DNA of 64,000 bases, from positions 96,001 to 160,000 of the forward strand of contig CAVVYZ010000020.1 of assembly GCA_963752595.1 (NCBI GenBank), in the 5' to 3' direction. The stretch's first letter is position 1, and the number at the start of each line of letters is the position of its first letter. The translations under genes and the position numbers were made by a program. Shown here piece after piece: positions 29,883 to 39,027 of the stretch. The notes under the pieces were generated by a model. The model saw nothing but the letters and a program-made list of their open reading frames with translations. It ran no database searches and was not told the origin of the DNA. The stretch is from an uncultured delta proteobacterium. Its GTDB lineage: Bacteria; Desulfobacterota; Desulfomonilia; UBA1062.

Positions 29883-30051
29883 TGTAGTAAACCTCCTTAT
29901 GGGTGTGAATAGATTCGGTCACTGCCTAACGCCAGGCATCAGCGGCGGCTTTAGCCGTCCGCTGGAGGCCTTTGATACTATGTAAGGCCTCCTCGAATGG
30001 GTGGTATATTTGCTGGACCAACACCAAAAACCAACCAAGGAGGAGGCTTAA

Positions 30052-31095
30052 ATGAGATTCTACACCAAAGAGCACAAATTTTATTGTGGAATCGATCTGC
30101 ACACCAAAAAAATGTATGTGTGCATACTGGGAAGCACAGGGGATATCATGGTTCACCGGAACATGAATACAGATGCAGGCGCTTTTCTTGAGCTCATTGC
30201 TCCCTTTCGCGAGGACATCGTGGTAGCTGCAGAGTGCATGTTCACCTGGTACTGGGTAGCTGATCTGTGCGCCAAAGAGGGAATTCCTTTTATCCTGGGC
30301 CATGCTCTCTATATGAAAGCAATCCATGGCGGAAAGAGCAAAAACGACAAGATCGATTCCCATAAAATTGCTGTGCTCCTTAAGGGCGGCATGCTGCCCC
30401 AGGCATATGTCTATCCGGCGAAGATGCGCTCTACCAGGGATCTCCTCAGGAGGAGAAATCATCTGGTGAGGAAGAGAGCCGAGCTCTTTGCCCATATTCA
30501 GAACACAAAAAGCCAGTACAACCTGCCGGAACATCTCGGCCGCATTGCCAAGCCGAAGAACAGAGAGGGCGTTGTAGAGCGATTCGACGATAGAAGTGTG
30601 AGGAAGAACATGGAAGTGGACCTTGCCATGATCGAAGCCTATGACCGCATCATCCTCCCGCTAGAGCGGGAGATTATAAAGATCGCCAATGGACATGATC
30701 TCCTTTCCTATACTCTTCTGCAAACCATCCCAGGAGTCGGCAGAATCCTCGCTCTTGTAATGCTCTATGAAATAGAGACCATTAATCGATTCGCAACTGT
30801 CCAGGACTTTGCCTCATATGCCCGTCTGGTTAAATGTAAAAAAGAATCCAACGGTAAAACCTATGGAACCAGCGGAAAGAAGATCGGCAATGCTCACTTA
30901 AAGTGGGCTTTCAGTGAAGCATCGGTACTCTTCATCAAGGGCAATGAACCAGCGAAGAAATACCTCGACCGGCTTACCCAGAAACACGGGAAAGGAAAAG
31001 CACTCTCGATCCTTGCCCACAAGCTCGGAAGAGCTGCCTATTACCTGCTGAAAAACAAAGTGGCTTTCGATACTGAGAAGTTCTTGAGCCACTAA
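30052..31095 (+). CDS. IS110-family transposase/recombinase
   Basis: Protein identical to 24755-25798. Confidence 0.96.
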   Translation: MRFYTKEHKFYCGIDLHTKKMYVCILGSTGDIMVHRNMNTDAGAFLELIAPFREDIVVAAECMFTWYWVADLCAKEGIPFILGHALYMKAIHGGKSKNDKIDSHKIAVLLKGGMLPQAYVYPAKMRSTRDLLRRRNHLVRKRAELFAHIQNTKSQYNLPEHLGRIAKPKNREGVVERFDDRSVRKNMEVDLAMIEAYDRIILPLEREIIKIANGHDLLSYTLLQTIPGVGRILALVMLYEIETINRFATVQDFASYARLVKCKKESNGKTYGTSGKKIGNAHLKWAFSEASVLFIKGNEPAKKYLDRLTQKHGKGKALSILAHKLGRAAYYLLKNKVAFDTEKFLSH

Positions 31096-31101
31096 AGAAT
31101 T

Positions 31102-31642
31102 GGAGGAGACGGATCAGTCCGACGCCTAACTGGAGCCATATGGGGATGGAGCACGCATTCACCTCGATCAGAAAGGGAATAGAATATCCTTGCATGATAA
31201 GAGTGCTTGAAAAAGGATGTGCCCGATTGGTACCCCGCAGCCTGTTGCGCTTGATTGGAGATCCGTCTCGCTCCTTCGATACATGCTCTTGTTGGTCAGG
31301 TTCTGCCCCTTACCCGAACCCGCGCCTAACTGGGAAGAACAGCACCCCGGCGTTTGACTGGGACGGCACGAGGGAGAACGGCATTGTTTCTAGGTCGCAT
31401 TCTTCTAAGAAGAGAGGGCAACCACTCGCTTGCATCTCTCTTCGGGAAGAATGATGAAGAGAACCTCAATAAGTGTTTGGTGCAGGATTTGATTTCGCTT
31501 GCACCCGTTGATGAAACCAAAGCCAGAGCAGCCAACATCGAGCAATATGGTTGAACGGAAAAAAGAATCGTCTTACCGTTCGAGAGTGTCTTGCCAATAG
31601 ACACACAATGCAGACGAAAAAGAAGAACAACTTTTTCGTCTT
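31102..31642 (+). ncRNA. Predicted three-loop bridge/seek RNA (copy 2)
   Basis: Same as 25805-26345. Confidence 0.75.
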
Positions 31643-31727
31643 GGGGTAGTTTTATCTATTGACAAGAGGAGGCCTTATAAGTGTTATGCTTTTTTGTAAG
31701 GCTCAGATATTAGATAATGAAAGGCTT

Positions 31728-32444
31728 TCAATGCTTTTGAATAGATGGTCTAGATGTGCTTATATCAACATTTGAAAGAACTTTATTAACCATATCATCA
31801 ATTTCAGGATATTTACTCACACGTTTATAATCAGAACGGTATTGTTTTACTCTCTTCAGGACTATGTTGGTGAGCTCTCTATCTTTTTCAGATCCCTTTA
31901 CGGGATAAAAGAATTTCATTACCTTACTATCAAGGTCCCCCTCTACCCATTCAATTGCCTTTTCAACCTCTCCTGATCGTAAGTATCTAAGTGTATGAAG
32001 GCTTACATTTATATTTCTAAGGTCCTCGTTTGTAGGGCCTAATGTATTGGCAAAAAAGAGGTATGCTCCAACCTTTAATCCAAATATTGCACCAAAGAAT
32101 CCTGAAGCAATGATCAATAAAACTATGTTCACTATTTTCAATATGGAATTCTTACCTGTGTTAACGTCAGTCTTATTTTTCAGACGGATGAGCTTCGTAT
32201 CAATCACAAAATCAATAACAACAGAGAAAGCTATTACCCCAAATATTGCCAACCAGTTGCTTTTCAACAACACTATAATTAAACCAGCTGATAAGCCAAT
32301 TAGTAACGATGTAGCACCTAATAGGAAGGTATAATTTATTACTGATATATTACTACAAGACTTACACGAGTGTTCCCCATAGACACTTTTAAAGTATACC
32401 TTCCAGTAAGGAATTGAATCTTCATTGCAGTTTGGACATCTCAT
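31728..32444 (-). CDS. Zn-ribbon membrane protein of unknown function (cassette)
   Basis: CPNC...CKSC followed by three TM segments; AT-rich. Confidence 0.75.
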   Translation of the reverse strand: MRCPNCNEDSIPYWKVYFKSVYGEHSCKSCSNISVINYTFLLGATSLLIGLSAGLIIVLLKSNWLAIFGVIAFSVVIDFVIDTKLIRLKNKTDVNTGKNSILKIVNIVLLIIASGFFGAIFGLKVGAYLFFANTLGPTNEDLRNINVSLHTLRYLRSGEVEKAIEWVEGDLDSKVMKFFYPVKGSEKDRELTNIVLKRVKQYRSDYKRVSKYPEIDDMVNKVLSNVDISTSRPSIQKH

Positions 32445-32466
32445 AAATTTTCCTTCCTATCTTTGA

Positions 32467-32523
32467 GCATAACGTGCCGATCACTGGCGGCTGAAAGCCG
32501 TCCGGTGGATTGGCGGGTTATGC
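32467..32523 (-). repeat. attC site
   Basis: GCATAAC...GTTATGC, 57 bp. Confidence 0.93.
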
Positions 32524-32559
32524 TGTGTTATAGCGTATTGAAATTGAATAATAAAAAAG

Positions 32560-33147
32560 TTAATCTCGATATAAAAAGAGTGCTACACGCCTGCATCTTA
32601 CCTGTATTCCATTGATCTCGCTCCGTATTCTCACTCCCAGAGTTATTTCTTCATCAGGGAATTGGCTGAAAATATTGATTGTATCAACCCAAACAACTGT
32701 TGTGCTATTTGTTTGAACAGTACTTTGTGAGATAGGAACATCATTAGTAAGATCATAAAGTTCAACAAAACAATTATTGGCTCCGTTAGCAGATTCAATT
32801 GCCGCTGAAAAAACTATTCTATTAACGCCAATATAATTCTCAATATTGAATTTAGTTAGTAAACATGCATTTGGAGACATGACCCATGATGTATTAGTAG
32901 CAACCAGGAAATCTTGAAAGTCGTATTCAAATCTAATCTGCTTATCGTATACCCCAACACCAGGGAGTCCTTGAGGTCCTTGTGCACCTGTTGACCCCTG
33001 TTCTCCCTGCTGGCCTTGGGATCCTTGTTCTCCTTGTGGGCCTTGATCTCCATCAGAACCACCAACGCAACCATTTAGCATAAGTAATAAGAAAATTATA
33101 AAAAACATTATAGATGTAGACTTATAAGACATAAAAGAATTGCACAT
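32560..33147 (-). CDS. Collagen-like repeat lipoprotein (cassette)
   Basis: LMLNGC lipobox followed by about 11 Gly-X-Y triplets (GDQGPQGEQ...GLPG). Confidence 0.8.
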   Translation of the reverse strand: MCNSFMSYKSTSIMFFIIFLLLMLNGCVGGSDGDQGPQGEQGSQGQQGEQGSTGAQGPQGLPGVGVYDKQIRFEYDFQDFLVATNTSWVMSPNACLLTKFNIENYIGVNRIVFSAAIESANGANNCFVELYDLTNDVPISQSTVQTNSTTVVWVDTINIFSQFPDEEITLGVRIRSEINGIQVRCRRVALFLYRD

Positions 33148-33178
33148 AGTATTTTGAGCTCCTCTCTTTATTATTAAG

Positions 33179-33238
33179 GCATAACGATGGCATCAGCGGC
33201 GCGGCTCCGCCGCGTCCGCCTGCATGCGATGGTTATGC
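33179..33238 (-). repeat. attC site
   Basis: GCATAAC...GTTATGC, 60 bp. Confidence 0.93.
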
Positions 33239-33253
33239 GATCCTCGATTCATA

Positions 33254-33970
33254 TTAATAAGGACAACTTTCAATAATAAGATGAACCCATTTATAGTATG
33301 GTTCATCATCAGTTATTCTAATTTTGTAGGAGTTTTTCAACCAACGCTGAAGAAAATCTTCTGCTGACATTGGTGCATCCGGAGATGATTTGAACATATC
33401 AGGATCTATACTCTCCATTTGCTTCTTTGTTGGACGTAAATAGATTACTCCCTCATAAGGGGGGTATAAAATATTTTGTATATCTGGGAGGTCATTCTTA
33501 GTTTTTTCACATGAAAACCATTCAAGCTCAGATGGAAACATATTCAGGAATGGATCAGTGGCAGAAATAAATAGGTCAACAACATCAACAAAATCCTCAG
33601 CTTCAGCTCTTTCTGGAACAATATATTCGTGCTCGACAAGATTCCTCATGCTATTCATTCTGCGCAATATTTGGGGAGTTGTTAGACTACACTTCTTGCA
33701 GAACTCAAGCTTTTCAGGAAAATGTTGTCTTTCTTTTTTGGGTAATGATTTGATTCCGAAAGCATTTACAAGAAGCTCAACTTGATAGTGCAAGGCACGT
33801 TTAGCATTTGTTAAAGCATTTATATTCGAACGAGCATCATTGCTTGCTTCCAAATCAGTCTGTGAAAATTGAAGGTATCCACGGGGATCGATTTCCTGGG
33901 ATGATTCTATACATTCAAATCCACTTACGTGCGGTTTATTAAATTTATAATGTTCGGGTAGAATTATCAT
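33254..33970 (-). CDS. Hypothetical protein, HEPN-like (cassette)
   Basis: NALTNAKRALH helix and RNLVEH (RxxxxH) motif. Confidence 0.65.
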   Translation of the reverse strand: MIILPEHYKFNKPHVSGFECIESSQEIDPRGYLQFSQTDLEASNDARSNINALTNAKRALHYQVELLVNAFGIKSLPKKERQHFPEKLEFCKKCSLTTPQILRRMNSMRNLVEHEYIVPERAEAEDFVDVVDLFISATDPFLNMFPSELEWFSCEKTKNDLPDIQNILYPPYEGVIYLRPTKKQMESIDPDMFKSSPDAPMSAEDFLQRWLKNSYKIRITDDEPYYKWVHLIIESCPY

Positions 33971-33982
33971 CAGAACTTATCC

Positions 33983-34046
33983 GCATAACGGCCAGCATCA
34001 GCGGCGCGGGCGGCAGCCCGCGTCCGTCTGCATGCTGTGGTTAGAC
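33983..34046 (-). repeat. attC site
   Basis: GCATAAC...GTTAGAC, 64 bp. Confidence 0.93.
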
Positions 34047-34796
34047 AGTTCTATTTTCACTAAGCAATCCAAGAAAATCGTATGAGAAGGTTTGTATATT
34101 TTTAAGAATTTGATCTGCATATTTGTCTATAGCCATCGAGCCAATTACTGGAGGGTTTATCTTCACGCATGTTAAACTATTCCCTTGCTCCATGAAGTGA
34201 AGCTGAAACATTAGTTGATTCATCCCGATCTCAGGATGAATGAGTTGATCTCGTGCAAAAATTGCTTGGTCAAGCCACAATGCCTTGTGTTCCATAATCA
34301 ATGCTTTGATTCTAGCGGCAGTTTCATTTCTCTTTTTCGAGGCATTATTTGTAAGAGCGTTGAGGACTTTACCACCATAAATATTCTGTGAACGATGGAA
34401 TCCATCAATAGATGCAGCAACGACTTTTTCACTTGAGAGTAGTTGAACGAGAAGATCCAAGAGGGATTTAACTCCAGAAAAGAATGCTTCAATACGAAGG
34501 TGCATGTCGGGAAGTTGGCCATATATATCTAATTCTTGAAGATCAAACTTCCGCGTTTGCCATTGCTGATAAATTGTCTCAATGTGTTTTTGGCAAAGGT
34601 GTTCTGCATCACCGCAAATGTTCTTTATCTGCCCAGCACAATGATTCAATACCGAAAACTCGGTCCAGCATGATTGAACGATACCTTTACTTACACCTGA
34701 CCATAGATTGGGATTGAAAATTTTAGCACCAGCAACAGCCGACTTATCTGCACAGATAACCGGTATGCGGTTGTTTTGTTTTTTATTTTTCGTCAT
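34041..34796 (-). CDS. Hypothetical protein, HEPN-like (Cthe_2314-like; cassette)
   Basis: EAFFSGVKSLLDLLVQLL helix and RDQLIH (RxxxxH) motif. Confidence 0.65.
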   Translation of the reverse strand: MTKNKKQNNRIPVICADKSAVAGAKIFNPNLWSGVSKGIVQSCWTEFSVLNHCAGQIKNICGDAEHLCQKHIETIYQQWQTRKFDLQELDIYGQLPDMHLRIEAFFSGVKSLLDLLVQLLSSEKVVAASIDGFHRSQNIYGGKVLNALTNNASKKRNETAARIKALIMEHKALWLDQAIFARDQLIHPEIGMNQLMFQLHFMEQGNSLTCVKINPPVIGSMAIDKYADQILKNIQTFSYDFLGLLSENRTV

Positions 34797-34816
34797 ATTT
34801 TATAATTATTTAGGAT

Positions 34817-34881
34817 GTCTAACGCCCAGCATCACCGGCGCGGGCGGCACGCCCGCGTCCGTGTGCATGCTGTTGTTAGCT
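34817..34881 (-). repeat. attC site of first cassette
   Basis: GTCTAAC...GTTAGCT, 65 bp. Confidence 0.93.
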
Positions 34882-34889
34882 TCTTTTGA

Positions 34890-35255
34890 TTATTGTTTTA
34901 TGTCCTCATTAACAATTTGGGGAGCCATCACTAATCTTTGATCTTTTTTCTTCTCCTTGATGAGAAATATCAAACCAACTGGAAAATAAACTCCCATGGA
35001 CCACATTCCTGGTGCGTTAAAGGGCACTGAAATAAGAACTGCTGGTATTTTAATACCTATGCCCAGTGACAATGCACCAGTTGCCCAGATTATGTGTAAC
35101 CCCACAGGGAATCCTAAGAAAGATGAAATGATATACAACCATTTCTTGTTTAGATCTTTTTTCTTAAAGAAGTATATGGCACACCAGAGTTGAACAACAG
35201 TACAAAGGACAAATAACGAAGCAATAACTATGTGATAGATTGATATTTCATTCAT
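34890..35255 (-). CDS. Hypothetical membrane protein (first cassette)
   Basis: Hydrophobic ORF with AGGAG RBS, between attI and the first attC. Confidence 0.7.
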   Translation of the reverse strand: MNEISIYHIVIASLFVLCTVVQLWCAIYFFKKKDLNKKWLYIISSFLGFPVGLHIIWATGALSLGIGIKIPAVLISVPFNAPGMWSMGVYFPVGLIFLIKEKKKDQRLVMAPQIVNEDIKQ

Positions 35256-35275
35256 GAACAACATACTCCTCTTGA

Positions 35276-35340
35276 AGCTAACCATTTACTATACTGCAAA
35301 ATTGAAGCAAAAGTCGCTATATAGCGACTTTTACGGCTCC
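35276..35340 (-). other. attI site (crossover G|TT at 35282/35281)
   Basis: AGCTAAC at 35276-35282 complements R'' GTTAGCT of the first attC; no attC palindrome beyond it; lies next to intI. Confidence 0.8.
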
Positions 35341-35405
35341 ATCGGGTAAATCTAATATGATATGGTATCTTCCTTTTCCAATGTTTGAATTTATATTATA
35401 CCACC

Positions 35406-36817
35406 GAGCCAATTGCAAAACACACAGATTGCGATAATATTTCAATAAGCAAGATAACTGATTGAAATAATGAAGAGAAAGCTCTATTCTTTTTGTGTCG
35501 AGCAAAAAGAAAGGAGTAACGATGAGCAATCTCTTCGATATTTGGCATACCACACAAGCGAGACTTTTTCCATGGTTGGAAGAGCGACTTGATCCATTGA
35601 GTGAGAAGGAGCAGCAGTTTGTGAAGGTTGTTTCCCTGATGGACTTGCCCAGGCATATGGGTGAATACCGGTGGATAGGGTTAGGCAGGAGACGCGAAGA
35701 CAGGACAGCGATCGCGAAAGCGTTTGTAGCCAAGGCGGTATACAATTTCGAGACGACGAAAGTGCTCATAGAATACCTGATGGGCAGCAAGAACCTGAGG
35801 CGATTATGCGGATGGGAGACGAGAGGGGATATACCATCGGGATCGACCTTTTCACGGGCGTTTGCTGAATATGCTCGGGGGTGCCTGCCCCAGAAGGTTC
35901 ACGAGGCCATGGTGAAGGCGCACTGTGGTGAGAAAATTGCCGGGCATGTGAGCAGGGATGCGACGGCCATTGAGGCGAGGGAGAAGGCGGTGAAGAAAGA
36001 GGCTGAGGAAACCACTCTGTTGCCGAAAAGGAAGCGTGGCCGCCCGAAGCGAGGAGAAGAAGCTGTTCCCAAGCCTCCGAAAAGGCTGGATCTTCAGGTT
36101 GGCCGTAGCCTTGAGGAGAATCTGTCGGATCTGCCGTATCATTGTGACGTGGGGACCAAGAAGGACAGCAAGGGATACAAGATGACGTGGCGGGGCTACA
36201 AGCTGCATATTGACTGTATCGATGGGGACATACCGGTGAGTGCATTGTTGACCTCTGCATCATTGCATGATTCCCAGGCGGCCATACCGCTTGCCCAGAT
36301 GACGTCGAAGCGGGTGACGAGCCTGTATGATCTCATGGACGCCGCCTATGATGCGCCGCAGATCAAGGAGTTCAGTGAGGGACTCTCTCATGTTCCGATC
36401 ATTGATCCCAATCCAAGGCGTGGAGAGAAGATACCTCTTGATCCTGCCAGGAAGGCACGGTTTGCGCAGAGGAGCAGCGTTGAGCGGGTGAATTCGTATC
36501 TGAAAGATAACCATGGAGGGAGTCATATAAGGGTTAAAGGAGCGTCCAAGGTCATGGCGCATCTTATGTTCGGGCTCATTGTCATTACTGCGAACCAACT
36601 CTTCCAGATGCTTTGTTGAAGGATACATGCGATAAAATCAGATATATTCGCACCGCCTATTGGAGTAGGAGCTGGATAGCTGCGCTCGGAAATCGACATA
36701 AGGGTGATGTTGAGCATAGAATCACCGTGTAAATGGCGCGTTATGATCTTTATCTTAGATGTAGACAACTGTATTATGCTTCAATAATTATACGGCAGAG
36801 AGTTTTGCAATTGGCTC
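35406..36817 (+). mobile_element. DDE insertion sequence (IS5/IS1182/ISNCY-like), 1412 bp
   Basis: Perfect 16-bp IR GAGCCAATTGCAAAAC / GTTTTGCAATTGGCTC with 4-bp CACC target duplication. Confidence 0.93.
35521..36619 (+). CDS. DDE transposase
   Basis: SRDATAIE, GYKLH, HDSQ, MDAAYD, RSSVERVNSYLK. Confidence 0.92.
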
Positions 36818-36876
36818 CACCATTAATATTTTTCGGAATACTTGAATGCATTTGTTTTGTTGGGAGGTCCTATCCT

Positions 36877-37851
36877 ATGAAGCCGAAGAATACCCAGGAG
36901 CAAAAGCTCTTTGACGTTGTTTGCGATATCCTCCGCAGAAAGCATTATTCTCTCAAGACAGAGAAATCGTATATATCCTGGATGAGAAGATTCATCAGTT
37001 ATCATAAAATGCGCCATCCCAGGGATATGGGCAAACACGAAATCGAATCGTTCCTCACACATCCGGCTGTTGATCATAAGGTCGCTTCATCAACGCAGAA
37101 TCAGGCATTCAATGCCATACTGTTTCTCTACCGTGATGTGCTGGAAATCAACATCTCGGATGAACTCAATGCCGTGCGGGCAAAAAAGCAAGCCCGCATA
37201 CCCGTAGTTTTGAGCCATGAGGAAGCCTTAAAGGTGATCGACTCCATTACAGGTGTGCATCAGCTCATGGCAAAGCTTCTCTATGGCTGCGGCCTTCGAC
37301 TTACGGAATGCCTCAGATTGAGGGTCAAAGACATCGATTTTGAAATGAACTGCATCGTTATCTTTGATGGCAAAGGGAAAAAAGACCGGGTTGTCATGCT
37401 TCCCAAGAAAGTTGCATTCATCCTTAAAGAGCAGATACAGCATGTACATTCGATCCATAGATATGATCTTGCAAGGGGTTATGGCGCGGTCCATCTTCCA
37501 TTCGCCTTGGAGAAGAAATACCCGAATTCACCAAAACAGCTTGGTTGGCAGTACGTCTTCCCTTCTGATGAAGTATCCCGGGACCCGAGATCCGGAAAAA
37601 CCATGCGGCACCACGTGAGCCCCACGACCCTGCAGAGGGCGGTTAAAAAAGCAGTTGCAATAGCAGGTGTTTACAAGCATGTGGGGTGCCATACCTTCAG
37701 GCACAGTTTCGCCACCCGGCTGCTTGAGAATGGGTACGACATAAGAACCGTACAAGAGCTCCTCGGTCATAAGGACATTAAGACAACCATGATCTACACC
37801 CACGTCATGAACAAAGGGGCTATGGCCGTGAAGAGTCCGCTGGATGTGTAG
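36877..37851 (+). CDS. intI: Integron integrase
   Basis: [17 protein letters not shown], integron-specific insert [10 protein letters not shown]...[20 protein letters not shown]...TTMIYTHV; GGGAGG RBS. Confidence 0.97.
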   Translation: MKPKNTQEQKLFDVVCDILRRKHYSLKTEKSYISWMRRFISYHKMRHPRDMGKHEIESFLTHPAVDHKVASSTQNQAFNAILFLYRDVLEINISDELNAVRAKKQARIPVVLSHEEALKVIDSITGVHQLMAKLLYGCGLRLTECLRLRVKDIDFEMNCIVIFDGKGKKDRVVMLPKKVAFILKEQIQHVHSIHRYDLARGYGAVHLPFALEKKYPNSPKQLGWQYVFPSDEVSRDPRSGKTMRHHVSPTTLQRAVKKAVAIAGVYKHVGCHTFRHSFATRLLENGYDIRTVQELLGHKDIKTTMIYTHVMNKGAMAVKSPLDV

Positions 37852-38197
37852 GGCCGCAGGCTCATTGCAACTGAGGTTCGGCAGGGCTGATCAAGGAAGA
37901 GCTCAAGAGAAGACCGGAGAAGGAAGATGGATTCGTAAAGACGGGCAGACTCCGTCCGTGCGGGGTGAAAAGGGATAAAGCTCTGGCCTCCTCTTAGCAT
38001 CATGGCTTCAACAAAAGTTCGGCGCAATAATCAAGCTGCTCGTGCATTAAACATTTAAACTAAACAATGGCATAATTTCAACAGGAAATCCATTTGATTA
38101 TAAAGATATATAAAGGAAACCAGCCGGCTCAACCGACAGAGCGAAACACCGTATGCAACGCTTGGCAGAGGAAGGCAAAGGGTGAGAGTGACCTTTT

Positions 38198-39026
38198 TTA
38201 GCTTCTCAGCCGAGGATCTATTGCGTCGCGGATGCCTTCGCCCAGGAGGTTGTAGCCCAGCACGGTGATGAGGATGGCCATGCCCGGGTAGAACGAGAGC
38301 CACCAGGCGACGCCGAGAGTGCTCTGGCCCTGGGTGAGGATGTTGCCCCAGCTTGGGGTGGGCGGCTGGACGCCGATTCCCAGGAAGGACAGCGCCGATT
38401 CCACGAGCACGGCCGATGCGACTGCCCAGGGTGGCCGACACGAGCACCGGCGCCATGGCATTGGGCAGGATGTGCAGGAAGATGATGCGTGCGCCGCCCG
38501 CGCCCATGGCCTTTTCCGCCAGCACGAAATCACGCTCTTTGAGGCTTAGGAATTCTGCGCGCACGAGCCGCGTGATGCCCATCCACGAGGTGAGCCCGAT
38601 GACCGCCATGATATTGAAGATGGAGGGCTCCAGGAAGGCGATCACGGCCAGGATCAGGAAGAACGATGGGAAGCAGAGCATGATGTCCACGAAGCGCATG
38701 ATGATGATGTCGATCCAGCCGCCGTAGTAGCCGGAGACGGCTCCCAGGAGGATGCCGATCAGCGTGGCGATGCCCACGGCCACGAACCCTACCTTCAGCG
38801 AGATGCCTGCGCCGTAGAGCATGCGGGTGAACACGTCCCTGCCCAGGTCGTCTGTGCCGAAGAGATGTCTGGCTGTAGGTGCGGCGAGGATGTTGTCCAC
38901 GTCGATGGTGCTCGGGTCGTACGGCGCGATATAGGGCGTCAGGATGGAGAGGATAAAGAAGGCGAGCACGATAGCGAGCCCGACCACGGCGAGTTTGTCA
39001 TGTAAGAAACGCTTCCGGAATCCCAT
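38198..39026 (-). CDS. oppC: Peptide ABC transporter permease (OppC/DppC), one frameshift
   Basis: HLFGTDDLGRDVF, EAA-like loop, LSFLGIGVQPPTPSWG. Confidence 0.9.
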
Positions 39027-39027
39027 G

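Larger units (their letters stand above)
29975..31683 (+). mobile_element. IS1111-type attC-targeting element, copy 2 (1709 bp)
   Basis: Same ends and transposase as copy 1; only one difference noticed (A26285 vs G31582). Confidence 0.95.
29924..31689 (-). repeat. attC site interrupted by IS1111-type element (halves 29924-29974 and 31684-31689)
   Basis: GCCTAAC...GAGGCCTTTG|IS|TTATGC; removing the IS restores a 57-bp attC. Confidence 0.92.

Noticed and set aside
18958-34881. Recurring ~60-bp palindromic repeats as a possible CRISPR or REP array
   Set aside because: They are separated by whole genes and bounded by RYYYAAC/GTTRRRY boxes next to intI, so they are attC sites; no cas genes are present.
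36733-36876. N-terminal extension of IntI in the ORF track
   Set aside because: It runs through the IS right end; the ATG with an RBS is at 36877.
36818-36876. LexA box upstream of intI
   Set aside because: No CTGT-N8-ACAG or other SOS box that I can recognise.
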